Assembly (NCBI GenBank): GCA_046483065.1
Contig: JAWODW010000089.1
Location: 96,403-160,402 of the forward strand
Length of the DNA: 64,000 nucleotides
Direction of reading: 5' to 3'
From: Longimicrobiales bacterium
GTDB taxonomy: Bacteria; Gemmatimonadota; Gemmatimonadetes; Longimicrobiales; RSA9
Shown: in pieces, positions 36,946-46,829 of the stretch
How the letters are laid out: each line of letters begins with the position of its first letter
Position numbering within the stretch: the first letter of the stretch is position 1
Made by a program: the position numbers and the translations under genes
The notes under the pieces: generated by a model
The model's input: the letters and a program-made list of their open reading frames with translations, nothing else
The model's database searches: none
Told to the model about the DNA's origin: nothing

Positions 36946-39099
36946 ATGTACGGTGCACTCCTGATCGCGGCGCTCCAGACGGTCAACGTCAACGTCGAGG
37001 TCAACGCCGGGCCATCGCCGGACACGCTCCGGCCCCAACCGGACTCCGCGGACTACGCCACGGCGTACGAGAGCGAGGCCGCCCGGGAGCTGGTCCGGCT
37101 CGCCCGGGGGCACCGGGGTGTGATCGATGCGTCCGTCTTCCACTACACGGCCACCTCCCACCAGCGGGTCTCCGTGGGGATCCGTGCGCTGCGGCGGGAG
37201 CGCATCCTCTACCGGCGGGAGACGGCCACCACGGTGGAATGGTGGCGGGACCGACCCAGCCGCGTCCGGGTCGAGGGCGCGCGGGAGGCCGTGCCGGTCG
37301 CCGTGCCCGGGTTGCACGTCCCCGAGGGGTTGGAGGAGTGGGCCCGGAGCTTCATGCCGAAGCCCGGCGACGATCGCCTCTTCGCCGCCACCACGGAGGG
37401 CGGCTTTTCCTGGCATCCGCTGGTGGAGGGCGGCGAGGCGCTGTACCGGTATGCCGTAGGGGACACCACAGTAATCCGGCTCCCGGACGGTGAGGAGGTC
37501 CGGCTGGTGGAGCTCCGGGCGATCCCGAGGGCGCGAGACGTCCGCGTGGTCACCGGGTCGTTCTGGATCGAGCTGGAGAACCACGCCATCGTCCAGGCGC
37601 TGTTCCGCCCCGCCCGGGAGTTCGACCTGGAGCGCGACCTGGCCCGATTCGATCCCGATGACGCGGGCGACCTGGACGATGTCCCCGCCGTCTTCAAGCC
37701 GATCATCTTCGAGATCGATTACGTGACCGTGGACTACGGGCTCTGGGAGATGCGGTGGTGGATGCCCCGGCACATGGGGTTCCACGGGTCGCTGCGGATG
37801 GGGGCGGCCACTTTCCCCGTGTCTCTGGAGATCCGCTACTCCGACTACACCGTGGAGGCCGACCGGTACGGGCTGCCGGAGCTGCCGCCGGTGATCCGGG
37901 AGCTGGCCGGCGACAGCACGGTCCGGCCCCGGCCGTACGAGCATGGCGTGATCGTGGAGGTGGCCGACTCCGCCGAGCTGATGGATAGCCCGCTGCTCCT
38001 GGAATCCTTCTACTCCCCGGCCCAGGCACTGATCTCCGCGGGCGAGCTCCGGGACCTGACCGACCGCCTGGGCCTGCTCCCGCCGGCGCCGTGGGAGGCC
38101 GGCCGGCCCCGCTTCACGCCGCCGTGGGTCCCGGGCCGGGGGCTCCTGCGCTACAACCGGGTGGAAGGACTCTCCGCCGGCGCACGTGTGGACTGGGACC
38201 TGGGCCGACTCCGCCTGGGCCTGACCGGCCGGCTCGGCGCCGCCGACCTGGAGCCCAATGCCGAGCTGGGCGTGGTGATCCCGACGCTGCGCCGGAGCTG
38301 GCGGGTGGCCGGCTACCGCCGGCTCGCGGTGGCCGACCCGTCGCTGCGGCCGTTGGGCCTCGGGAACTCGCTGACGGGTCTCCTCTTCGGCCGCGATGAC
38401 GGCAGCTACTTCCGGGCCGCCGGCGCCGAGGTCCGGGTGAGCCCCGCGGCCGGCACCGGCTACACCGCCCGGCTCTACGCCGAGCGACAGCGGGGCGCCA
38501 CCGTCCACACCGACTTCAGCCTCCCGCACCTCTTCGACGCCACCCGGGTCTTCCGCCCCAACGTCGCCGCGGACCCGGCCGATCAGCTCGGCCTGGCGGT
38601 CACGGTGGGCGGGGAGCGAGGGCTGAACCCCGCGGGCTTCCGCTGGGGCGGCTGGCTGGACGTGACCGCCGAGACCGGCACGTACACCTTCGTCCGGCCG
38701 GGCCTCACGCTCCGGGCCTCCGGCCCCGTTCTCGGCCTGCTGGTCGGCATGGAGCTGGCCGGCGGGACCACCCTCGCCGACGGCGACGCCTCCACCCAGG
38801 CGGCCTGGCTCCTGGGCGGGACCGGCACGCTCCGGGGCTTCCACGGCGGCGCCCTGGCGGGGCCCGACTACGGGAGGGCCCGGGCGGAGCTCGCCAACGT
38901 CTTCCCCGCCGTCCGGCTGGCCCTCTTCGCCGACGCCGGCTGGGCCGGCACCGCCGACGCGTTCGTGGAGGAAGACATCGCCCTCTCCGCGGGGATCGGC
39001 GCCAGCCTCCTGGATGGACTCCTCCGGGTGGACCTGGCCCGTCGGATCCAGCCCACGGTGGGAACCCGCCTCGAGCTCTATATCGACGCCCTCTTCTAG
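36946..39099 (+). CDS. Omp85/surface-antigen-like outer-membrane protein
   Basis: The C-terminal region resembles the bacterial surface antigen barrel (LRGF..G...G...A..E......L..F.D.G) and ends in ...LELYIDALF with a terminal Phe. Confidence 0.6.
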   Translation: MYGALLIAALQTVNVNVEVNAGPSPDTLRPQPDSADYATAYESEAARELVRLARGHRGVIDASVFHYTATSHQRVSVGIRALRRERILYRRETATTVEWWRDRPSRVRVEGAREAVPVAVPGLHVPEGLEEWARSFMPKPGDDRLFAATTEGGFSWHPLVEGGEALYRYAVGDTTVIRLPDGEEVRLVELRAIPRARDVRVVTGSFWIELENHAIVQALFRPAREFDLERDLARFDPDDAGDLDDVPAVFKPIIFEIDYVTVDYGLWEMRWWMPRHMGFHGSLRMGAATFPVSLEIRYSDYTVEADRYGLPELPPVIRELAGDSTVRPRPYEHGVIVEVADSAELMDSPLLLESFYSPAQALISAGELRDLTDRLGLLPPAPWEAGRPRFTPPWVPGRGLLRYNRVEGLSAGARVDWDLGRLRLGLTGRLGAADLEPNAELGVVIPTLRRSWRVAGYRRLAVADPSLRPLGLGNSLTGLLFGRDDGSYFRAAGAEVRVSPAAGTGYTARLYAERQRGATVHTDFSLPHLFDATRVFRPNVAADPADQLGLAVTVGGERGLNPAGFRWGGWLDVTAETGTYTFVRPGLTLRASGPVLGLLVGMELAGGTTLADGDASTQAAWLLGGTGTLRGFHGGALAGPDYGRARAELANVFPAVRLALFADAGWAGTADAFVEEDIALSAGIGASLLDGLLRVDLARRIQPTVGTRLELYIDALF

Positions 39100-39169
39100 C
39101 GGGTCGGCCGACGCACCGGTGCCGCCCCCCGGACTGGCGCGCCGGCCCTCGGGTCACCACCTTCGCCCT

Positions 39170-40180
39170 GTGATCTATCCACCGGCACTGCGCCCCGGGG
39201 ACCCGGTGGCGCTCATCGCGCCCGCGGGCCCCGTGGACGCGGCGACCATCGAGCGGGCCACCCGCCGCTGCCGGGAGTTGGGCCTCGAGCCCATCCCGGG
39301 GGCCGGCGTCCGGGCCCGAAAAGGGTACCTGGCCGGCTCAGACCGGGAGCGGGCCGACGACCTCACCCACGCCATCGAGGGGGAGGCCGCGGGCATCTGG
39401 GCGCTCCGGGGCGGCTACGGTACGCTCCGCACCCTGGAGCACGTGGACCTGACACCGCTCCGGGAGCGGCCGAAGTCCTTTATCGGGTTCAGCGACAACA
39501 CGGTGGTCCACCTGGCCCTTTTCCGGGAGGGGCTGGTCTCTTTCCACGGGCCCCACGCCGGCTACGAGTACTTCCCGCCGGCCACCGAGGCCGCGTTCCG
39601 GGCTGTGGTCATGAGCACGGGGCCGGCGGGCGCGCTGCCGGTCCCCGACTCGGCCCGACCCCGGGCCGTGGCGGCGGGCGCCGCCGAGGGTCCGCTGGTG
39701 GGCGGCAACCTATCGCTCCTGGCCGCCACGTGCGGGACCCGGTACCAGCCCGATGCCCGCGGCGCCATCCTCTTCATCGAGGACGTGGCCGAGCCCCTCT
39801 ACCGCATCGATCGGATGCTGACCCAGCTCCGGCTGGCAGGGCTGTTCGACGACGTGGCGGCGGTGGCCTTCGGCCAGTTCAGCCACATCGACGGTCTCGC
39901 CCGTCACGGCGTGCTGGACCCGGAAGCCGACGCCGGGGACGGGGACCCCGACGGCGGACGGTCCGGGGTCGCTTCCTCGCTCCATTCCCTGTTCACCGAG
40001 CTCACGGAGCCGCTGGGCGTGCCCGTGGCATTCGGTTTGCCCTTCGGTCACGGGCGGGAGAACTGGACACTGCCGCTGGGCGTGCCCGCCCGCCTCGACG
40101 CCGGGGCGGGGACCCTGGAGCTCCTGGAGGGCGCCACTACGGCCACCCACGAGAAGGCCGACGAGGAGGCCGACGGATGA
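39170..40180 (+). CDS. ldcA: LD-carboxypeptidase (peptidase S66)
   Basis: PGDPVALIAPAG, YLAGSDRERADDL and nucleophile context FIGFSDNT. The GTG start at 39170 is proposed. Confidence 0.8.
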   Translation: MIYPPALRPGDPVALIAPAGPVDAATIERATRRCRELGLEPIPGAGVRARKGYLAGSDRERADDLTHAIEGEAAGIWALRGGYGTLRTLEHVDLTPLRERPKSFIGFSDNTVVHLALFREGLVSFHGPHAGYEYFPPATEAAFRAVVMSTGPAGALPVPDSARPRAVAAGAAEGPLVGGNLSLLAATCGTRYQPDARGAILFIEDVAEPLYRIDRMLTQLRLAGLFDDVAAVAFGQFSHIDGLARHGVLDPEADAGDGDPDGGRSGVASSLHSLFTELTEPLGVPVAFGLPFGHGRENWTLPLGVPARLDAGAGTLELLEGATTATHEKADEEADG

Positions 40181-40722
40181 ACCGGATCTACACGCGCACG
40201 GGCGATGAGGGCGAGACGGCACTCTTCGGCGGCGGGCGCGTGCCCAAGTCCGACGTCCGGGTCGCGGCCTACGGGACGGTGGACGAGCTGAACGCCGTCA
40301 TCGGCTGGGTCCTGACCCGGTTGGACGACGCCGAGGTGGCCGAGCGGCTGACCGCCATCCAGCGCGACCTGTTCGCCCTCGGCGCGCACCTGGCCACCCC
40401 GCCCGACGCCCGATCCCGCGACCACCTCCCGGCGCTGCCCGAGGACCGGGTGGCCGAGTTCGAGGCGTGGATCGATGAGACCGACGACGAGCTGGAGCCG
40501 CTGAAGTCGTTCATCCTTCCCGGCGGCGTGGAGGCCGGTGCAGCGCTTCACCTGGCCCGGACCGTGTGCCGCCGGGCCGAGCGGGCGGTGGTCGAGCTGC
40601 CCGATGGCGCCGTGGACCCGGCGATCACCGTATACCTGAACCGCCTCTCCGATCTCCTCTTCGTCTGGGCCCGCCTGGTGAACCATCGGGCCGGCGCCCG
40701 GGAGACGCCCTGGCAGAAGTGA
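40177..40722 (+). CDS. pduO: PduO-type ATP:cob(I)alamin adenosyltransferase
   Basis: MNRIYTRTGDEGETALFGG N-terminus is typical. The ATG overlaps the upstream stop (ATGA). Confidence 0.88.
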   Translation: MNRIYTRTGDEGETALFGGGRVPKSDVRVAAYGTVDELNAVIGWVLTRLDDAEVAERLTAIQRDLFALGAHLATPPDARSRDHLPALPEDRVAEFEAWIDETDDELEPLKSFILPGGVEAGAALHLARTVCRRAERAVVELPDGAVDPAITVYLNRLSDLLFVWARLVNHRAGARETPWQK

Positions 40723-41369
40723 CGGACCCCGACCGGGAGGCGAGCACGGACCCCGACCCGGACGACCCGGACCGCATCGTGACCGGCGGCGTGGAGCCCG
40801 ACCGGGCCGAGGCCATGGGCCGGCGACTGATGCGCACGGCGGGCCGTCTCGGCATGGACGAGCCGGCCCGGGCGCTGGTCCTCGACGCCTTCAAGGTGGC
40901 CATGAAGCCCCGGCTGGCCCGGATCCAGGAGGACCACGACCCGGACTACCTGCACCCGGCGCGTACCGCGCTGATCCTCATGGATGATACCGGCGAGGCC
41001 GACACCGTCACCCTCGCCGCAGCGCTCTTCACCGAGACCCGGGACCCGACGTTCGCCGCCCGCCCCGATGCCATGGAGCGGGTCAGCCCCGACGCCGCCC
41101 GGCTCGCGGCGCAGATCCCGGTGCCGGACCACACCGACCGGCTGCTGGAAACGCTCCTGGCCCTGCCGGACCCGGGTATCCGGGTGGCCGCCGCCGAGCG
41201 CCTCGATCACGCGCGCCACCTCCACCTCCGGCCGGAAGGCGAATGGCCCGCCGGGCACGCGGTGACCCGGGACGCCTACGTACCCGTGACTCGCCGCGTG
41301 GACGCCACGCTGGCCGCCCGGCTGGAGTGGTGGTGCGACATGTTCGAGCGCCGGTTCCTGGAGGCGTGA
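40719..41369 (+). CDS. Hypothetical protein with a degenerate HD-like segment
   Basis: The GTG overlaps the upstream stop (GTGA). YLHPARTALILMD...AAALFTE only loosely resembles an HD domain. Confidence 0.45.
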   Translation: MTDPDREASTDPDPDDPDRIVTGGVEPDRAEAMGRRLMRTAGRLGMDEPARALVLDAFKVAMKPRLARIQEDHDPDYLHPARTALILMDDTGEADTVTLAAALFTETRDPTFAARPDAMERVSPDAARLAAQIPVPDHTDRLLETLLALPDPGIRVAAAERLDHARHLHLRPEGEWPAGHAVTRDAYVPVTRRVDATLAARLEWWCDMFERRFLEA

Positions 41370-41463
41370 CCGGGCTGGCACCATCGCCCGGGGGCTTGCA
41401 CGAGTCCGGAACCTCTTACACTATTCGGCCGCCCGCTAACGGACGAAGCCCGGAGGAAGCAGT

Positions 41464-41700
41464 ATGCCATATATCATTGCGGAACCGTGCATCGGGACCA
41501 AGGACGCCAGCTGCGTCGAAGTATGCCCCGTGGACTGCATCTACGAGGGCGAGGACCAGTTTTACATCCACCCGGATGAGTGCATCGACTGCGGCGCCTG
41601 TGAGCCCGAGTGCCCGGTGACGGCGATCTTCCCCGATACCGACGTCCCCCCGGAGTGGACCGACTACATTGAGAAGAACGCCAACTACGAGTACCCCTAG
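41464..41700 (+). CDS. fdxA: Ferredoxin (7Fe-type)
   Basis: [18 protein letters not shown] and [12 protein letters not shown] cluster motifs. GGAGGAAG RBS. Confidence 0.92.
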   Translation: MPYIIAEPCIGTKDASCVEVCPVDCIYEGEDQFYIHPDECIDCGACEPECPVTAIFPDTDVPPEWTDYIEKNANYEYP

Positions 41701-42163
41701 ACGACGGCGGGCTCTCCCTCTCCTCCTACTCGTCGTCGCCGCGGCCTGCGGCGCGCCGCCCGACCCCCCGCCCGACCCCGACACCGTGGCACAGGAGATC
41801 ACCGCCATGCTCCGCGCCTCCGCCGAGGCGTGGACCCGGGGCGATCTCGACGGCTTCCTCGATGATTACGCGCCCGACGCCACCTTTGTCGGCTCCTCGG
41901 GGCTGATCCGGGGACTCGACACCATCCGACAGGCCTATATCGATGGGTACTGGAGCACGGGGATGCCCGAGCACGGGCTCCGCTACGAGATGATGGAGGT
42001 CCGGCCGGAAGGCGCCACCACGGCGCTGGCTGTGGGCCGCTTCATCCTTTACGACCGGGAGACCGACGGAACCGGGGCCACCGGCGTCTTCTCCCTCACG
42101 CTCCGGGAGACCGAAGACGGCTGGAAGATCGTGCACGACCACTCCTCGGCCGACGGGGACTGA
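41669..42163 (+). CDS. SnoaL/DUF4440-like (NTF2-fold) lipoprotein
   Basis: [10 protein letters not shown] lipobox. C-terminal ...[11 protein letters not shown] is typical of DUF4440. The start (TTG 41669, overlapping fdx) is uncertain. Confidence 0.6.
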   Translation: MRRTPTTSTPRRRRALPLLLLVVAAACGAPPDPPPDPDTVAQEITAMLRASAEAWTRGDLDGFLDDYAPDATFVGSSGLIRGLDTIRQAYIDGYWSTGMPEHGLRYEMMEVRPEGATTALAVGRFILYDRETDGTGATGVFSLTLRETEDGWKIVHDHSSADGD

Positions 42164-42196
42164 CGGCCGGTCGAGGGGGCCGGTCAGGGGGTGCGG

Positions 42197-42427
42197 CTAG
42201 AACCCGGCGCGGCGCAGAGATTCGAGCTGAACCGCGTTCTCGACCCCGTTGTCGGGACTGATCTCGGGGGTCGGGGCTGGTTGGCGGCTGCGGTTGAAGA
42301 AAACGCCCACTACCAGCGCGGCAATAGCCAGCAGACTGACACTCAACGTGCGAATCGTGCCTCCCGGGAAGAGAAGGATCCGGTGTGGAGTGGGGCAATG
42401 ATACAAGGAGCGGCGGAGCGGCGCCAT
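42197..42427 (-). CDS. Possible small membrane protein
   Basis: 76 codons from an ATG that overlaps the divergent M20 start (CCATGG). One TM segment (LSVSLLAIAALVVGVFF). No homology evidence, so this is weak. Confidence 0.3.
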   Translation of the reverse strand: MAPLRRSLYHCPTPHRILLFPGGTIRTLSVSLLAIAALVVGVFFNRSRQPAPTPEISPDNGVENAVQLESLRRAGF

Positions 42428-43601
42428 GGTTGAATCTGCGAGGAACGGACAGGACGGCATCAATTCGGGCGACGCTGTGGCCCTGGCCCGTGCGCTCGTG
42501 GCCACCCCATCGGTGAACCCGGCGCTCGACCCGGCGGGGGCGGGCGAGGCCGAGGTGGCCGGGCTGGCCGCGGGGTGGCTCCGGTCCTGGGGGTTCGCTG
42601 TGGAGCTTGTGGATGCCGCCCCCGGGCGGCCGAGCGTGCTGGCGTGGCTGGAGCGCGGCGAGGGTCGGTCGCTGATCCTGAACGGGCACCTGGACACGGT
42701 GGGGGTGGAGGGGATGGTCATCGACCCTTTCGACCCGGTGGTCCGTGACGGCCGGCTCCGGGGCCGGGGTTCGGCGGACATGAAGGGTGGCGTGGCTGCT
42801 GCGTTGGCCGCCGCCCGCGGCGCCGCAGCCGAGGGGTTTACCGGCACGCTGATCGTGGCGCTCACGGCGGACGAGGAGGAGGCAGGGCGGGGCGCTCGGC
42901 GGCTGGTGGAGGAGGGGCTTCGGGCGGATGGCGCCGTGGTCTGCGAGCCCACGAGCCTCGACATCATGCCCGCCCACAAGGGATTCACGTGGATCGAGCT
43001 GTTCTTCCGGGGCCGCGCGGCCCACGGCTCGCGGCCGGACCGGGGCGTGGACGCCATCCGCCACGCCGGCCTGTTCCTGGCGGGTCTCGGCGAGCTGGAG
43101 TCCACGCTGGCCGGGCGGGACCCCCATCCGCTCCTGGGCGCCGGCTCGGTGCACGCCGGGACGATCCGGGGCGGTACGGCACCTTCGGTCTACCCTGACG
43201 GGTGCACGCTCACCCTCGAGCGGCGCACGCTGCCGGGGGAGGCCGCGGAGGCGTTCCGGACGGAGGTGGAGCTCGCCCTGGGCCGGCTCCGGGCGGAGGT
43301 CCCGTCGCTGGACGCGTCGCTGGAGGTGACGCTGCACCGGAACGGGAGCGAGGTCGCGCCGGACCACCCGCTGGTCACCGCCGTGGCCGACGCGGCCCGT
43401 ACGGCCGGGCTCGACCCCGCCGTGGGAGGGATGACGGCGTGGGTGGAGGCGGCGACGTTCACCGAGGCCGGCACCCCGGCCCTCTGCTTCGGCCCCGGCA
43501 GCATCGATGCCGCTCACTCCGCCGATGAGTCCGTGGCCGTCGACGAGATCCGGGCCGCCCGGAGAACGCTCACGGCGCTGATCCGGGGGTTCCTGTCATG
43601 A
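42426..43601 (+). CDS. M20-family metallopeptidase (ArgE/DapE-like)
   Basis: LNGHLDTV and GRGSADMKGG motifs. Confidence 0.85.
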   Translation: MVESARNGQDGINSGDAVALARALVATPSVNPALDPAGAGEAEVAGLAAGWLRSWGFAVELVDAAPGRPSVLAWLERGEGRSLILNGHLDTVGVEGMVIDPFDPVVRDGRLRGRGSADMKGGVAAALAAARGAAAEGFTGTLIVALTADEEEAGRGARRLVEEGLRADGAVVCEPTSLDIMPAHKGFTWIELFFRGRAAHGSRPDRGVDAIRHAGLFLAGLGELESTLAGRDPHPLLGAGSVHAGTIRGGTAPSVYPDGCTLTLERRTLPGEAAEAFRTEVELALGRLRAEVPSLDASLEVTLHRNGSEVAPDHPLVTAVADAARTAGLDPAVGGMTAWVEAATFTEAGTPALCFGPGSIDAAHSADESVAVDEIRAARRTLTALIRGFLS

Positions 43602-44521
43602 CGGAGCGGGCGAGCCGTGCCGTGGAGGCGGCGCTGGCGTGGTTGAAGACCCGGGACGCGCCCGAGTCCGCCATCGCCGCCCACGAGGTTGGAAGGGACC
43701 CATCGCCCGAGGACGCCCGGCGCTGGGTCCGCTGGATCGTGGACCGGGAGCGGAACGGCGCCTGGGACACCGAGCTGCCGGCCACACTCCGGTCGCTCCA
43801 GGTCCTCCGGGAGCTGCGGGAGGCCGCCTCGTTGAAGGAGCAGGACCCGGCGATCGGCCGGGCGCTGGACTGGGTCCGGGACCGACAGGGGATGGCCGGC
43901 GCGTGGACCGATGGCTGCTCGCCGGCCCGGCATCGGCAGGGGTTCTGCCATCATTTCACCGCCGGCTTCTTCAGCCCCGCCGCGCCGGACGCCATCCTGG
44001 GGGGCCTGGACCTGCCGTCCGGCGTCCGTACGGCGGGCGAGGCAGAGACCCGGTTCGCCCTCTCGGCGGGGGCGCTCCGGTGCGTCCTTCTGTGGCGCGG
44101 CCCCGGCACCGATGATCGGCTGCACCTGGAGGCGCTCTGCAGGGTGCTGGCCGTGTGGCCCGAGGCGCGGCCGGAGGGGCTCACCACCAACGGGCTCCTG
44201 GCCGCCGTCCACGCGCTCCTGGCGTCTCCCGACGCGGCGGACCGGGACGCGGCGGTGCGCGGGCTCCGGACCGTGGCAGGGACGCAGCGCGGCGACGGGA
44301 GCTGGGTGGACGCGGACCCGTTCCATGCGCTGGAGGTCTTCGGCACGGCCGCCGCGGCCGGCGTGGGCGGGGAGCAGGTGCAGACCACACTGGATTACGG
44401 CGCACGTCTCCTGGTGGCCGCCCAGCACGGCGACGGGTCGTGGGGCCCGGAGCACGGGCCCCGGCGGGCGCTCATCGCCCTGAGAACGCTCCGCCGGTCG
44501 GGTCCGTCGACGGCGGGATGA
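43598..44521 (+). CDS. Prenyltransferase/squalene-oxidase-repeat-like (alpha/alpha toroid) protein
   Basis: Repeated ..Q..DG(S/A)W.. units (ERNGAWD, RQGMAGAWTD, QRGDGSWVD, QHGDGSWG). The ATG overlaps the M20 stop (ATGA). Confidence 0.6.
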   Translation: MTERASRAVEAALAWLKTRDAPESAIAAHEVGRDPSPEDARRWVRWIVDRERNGAWDTELPATLRSLQVLRELREAASLKEQDPAIGRALDWVRDRQGMAGAWTDGCSPARHRQGFCHHFTAGFFSPAAPDAILGGLDLPSGVRTAGEAETRFALSAGALRCVLLWRGPGTDDRLHLEALCRVLAVWPEARPEGLTTNGLLAAVHALLASPDAADRDAAVRGLRTVAGTQRGDGSWVDADPFHALEVFGTAAAAGVGGEQVQTTLDYGARLLVAAQHGDGSWGPEHGPRRALIALRTLRRSGPSTAG

Positions 44522-46829
44522 CCAGCGCGTCCCGGCCCAGGTAGTCCTTGGGGATCCCGCCCCAGCAGACCATGCGGCTGCCGTCCCACGCGCACGTCTC
44601 GCCGCCGCCCCCGACGATCGCCGTGGGCGCGAAGCCCAAGGGCACGGCCATGGGCGTGCGTGTCACCCGCGGCGACGCTCGCCCGAGCTGGAGCTGGTCG
44701 TTCCCGCCCCAGCAGTAGACGGCGCCGGCATCGCCCAGCGCACAGCCGTGGACCCACCCCAGGGTCAGGTCCGTCACCGTGATGGCCGTCGGGAACGTCA
44801 CCGCAGTGGGCGTGCTCACCACGAAGCCGCCGTCGCCGGTCCCGACCTGGCCGGCGGAGTTGTAGCCCCAGCACTCCACGTCGCCGTCTGCGGTGATGCC
44901 GCAGCTGTGGGCTGCACCGGCCACGATCTCTGTGAACGTCTGCCCGCCGCCGACCCGTACGGGCGTGGGGCTGTCGGTCAGGCCGCCATCGCCCAGCTGG
45001 CCCTCCTCGCCGCGGCCCCAGCACCATACCGTCTGGTCGCTCGCGAGCCCACACGTATGGGTCCACCCTGCGGCGAGCCGGATAAACGCGTGCCCGCCGG
45101 TTACGGCCACCGGCGCGGTGGCCGCCGTCCCGGTGCCGCCGCTGCCGAGCTGGCCGAAGTAGTTGGAGCCCCAGCAGTACGCGGCGCCGGCTCCGGTGAG
45201 GCCGCAGGTGTGGGCGCCGCCGGCCGCCAGGTCCACGAGGCCCGCCGGCAGGGCGCTGTCGTCCACCGGCGTGGGCCGGGTCCGGGTCGTGACCGTGCCA
45301 TCCCCGAGCTGCCCGAAGCGGTTGTCGCCCCAGCAGAAGGCCCGGCTCCCGCCGATGGTGTCCACCAGCGCACACGTGTGGAGCCCGCCGCTGTGCACCT
45401 GGGTATGGGCGTGCCCCGTAGACAGGTGCTGGTCGGTCACCGCCACCGCCGTGTCCCGGTTCAGCGTGAGCCCGTCACCGAGCTGGCCGAACTCGCCCTG
45501 CCCGCGGCAGTACACCGTGTTCCAGGTATTCTCGATCCAGCAGCTGTGGGCGTCGCCCACGCTCACGTCCGACGCCGGGCCGACGGTGGAGCCGTCGACC
45601 ACCTCGATCCACGCGTCGTAGCCTGCGCCATCGATCTCGCCGGTGACCCGGGCCGTCGAGAGCTGCCACGGGGCCGACTGCGCGGTGACCGTGCCGCCCG
45701 CGTCCACGTCGGCGATCTCGGGCCGGTTCGAGGTCCACACCGCCGGGTCCGCATCGAGCACGGGCGTACCGCCGGCGTCGAGAGCCACCACCGAGAGGGC
45801 TGCGGTGTCGCCCACTCCCAGTACGGCCCGCGTCGGGAACGGTGCCGCCGCCGTCACCACCTGGTGCACCACCACGAGCACGCTGTCCGCCGTGGGGCCC
45901 ACCGCGCCCACGAAGTACGTGGCGCCGTTGGTACGGGCGATCACGCCGGCCTGCGTGCCGACGTCGTAGCTCCCCTCGGACCGGACCACGCTCACGTCCC
46001 GCACCGTCCAGTTCACGTCCACGTTCCGGACCGTGTCACCGTCCACGCCCAGCGGTGTGGCCCGGACGATCTGGGGCCAGCCAATGGCCGTGATGCTGTC
46101 GGGCGACGCGCTCATGGCCAGCGTCTCCGGCACGACCGGGAGCGACAGCGTGTCCGCCAGCGTCCGGAACGCCACCCGTCCGACGATCTGGACAGTCCGG
46201 CCCCCGTCATGCTTGACCCGTACCCGACCGGCCGAGTCGACGGTGGCGGCCAGCGTGTCCAGCGAGGTCCAGACCATCAACGGGTCGACGATCTCGGTCC
46301 CGTCCCCTGCGGTGCCCACTGCCTCCAGCCGCACCGTGTCACCGGCCAGGAGGGCCTGCGCGGGGCCCTGGGCGTCGATGGCCTCGAGGGTGGCCTCCGG
46401 CCCGGCGTACTCCAGCACCGCTTGGGTCGGTGCGGGTGACGGGTCGTCGGAAGAGAGGGAGAGCGTCTGGCGGGCCTGGAACAGGACGGTGTCGCTTTCC
46501 CGGCCCTGGAGCGTGAAGTCGAACGCCTCCTGCCCCGTGACCTCGAGCGCCACCTCGACCCGGAGCGTGTCCTGGTCCAGCGGCCACTCCACGATCCGGT
46601 CGACCACGGTGTCGCCCGTCTCGTTCACGATCACTACGCGGATGTTGTCCACCAGGAGCGCCGGGTCCGTGCCGTTCACGCCGGCCTCGTGCTGCGCGAA
46701 CCGGGGCTGCACCGTAACGTGTACCCGGCCCCGGTCGGGGCCCAGGGCGTCATCGCACGCCGCGGCCAGGCCCGCCAGCGCGGCCAGGCCCAGGAGTCCG
46801 GGGAGCCAGCGTCGTATCACCGTTGCCAC
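44472..46829 (-). CDS. Lipoprotein with two Big_2-like Ig domains and seven or more RCC1 repeats
   Basis: The GTG at 46829 has GGAGG 7-8 nt upstream. Lipobox LAALAGLAAAC. Big_2-like segments present. Repeated CWG.N.(F/Y)GQLG.G and HTCGL motifs. Confidence 0.82.
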   Translation of the reverse strand: MATVIRRWLPGLLGLAALAGLAAACDDALGPDRGRVHVTVQPRFAQHEAGVNGTDPALLVDNIRVVIVNETGDTVVDRIVEWPLDQDTLRVEVALEVTGQEAFDFTLQGRESDTVLFQARQTLSLSSDDPSPAPTQAVLEYAGPEATLEAIDAQGPAQALLAGDTVRLEAVGTAGDGTEIVDPLMVWTSLDTLAATVDSAGRVRVKHDGGRTVQIVGRVAFRTLADTLSLPVVPETLAMSASPDSITAIGWPQIVRATPLGVDGDTVRNVDVNWTVRDVSVVRSEGSYDVGTQAGVIARTNGATYFVGAVGPTADSVLVVVHQVVTAAAPFPTRAVLGVGDTAALSVVALDAGGTPVLDADPAVWTSNRPEIADVDAGGTVTAQSAPWQLSTARVTGEIDGAGYDAWIEVVDGSTVGPASDVSVGDAHSCWIENTWNTVYCRGQGEFGQLGDGLTLNRDTAVAVTDQHLSTGHAHTQVHSGGLHTCALVDTIGGSRAFCWGDNRFGQLGDGTVTTRTRPTPVDDSALPAGLVDLAAGGAHTCGLTGAGAAYCWGSNYFGQLGSGGTGTAATAPVAVTGGHAFIRLAAGWTHTCGLASDQTVWCWGRGEEGQLGDGGLTDSPTPVRVGGGQTFTEIVAGAAHSCGITADGDVECWGYNSAGQVGTGDGGFVVSTPTAVTFPTAITVTDLTLGWVHGCALGDAGAVYCWGGNDQLQLGRASPRVTRTPMAVPLGFAPTAIVGGGGETCAWDGSRMVCWGGIPKDYLGRDALVIPPSTDPTGGAFSGR

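Noticed and set aside
35073-38844. ORFs 35073-36377 (+) and 36940-38844 (-)
   Set aside because: Antisense to the aminotransferase and Omp85-like genes respectively. Low-complexity composition.
41395-41430. Sigma70-like promoter (TTGCAC ... TACACT) upstream of the ferredoxin gene
   Set aside because: The spacing between the hexamers is only about 15 nt, and promoter consensus for this lineage is unknown to me. Not reported as a feature.
41441-41463. CCCGGAGGAAGCAG, reminiscent of the SRP (4.5S) RNA conserved core
   Set aside because: It sits immediately before the ferredoxin ATG and is best explained as its GGAGGAAG ribosome-binding site. No flanking helix 8-like pairing is present.
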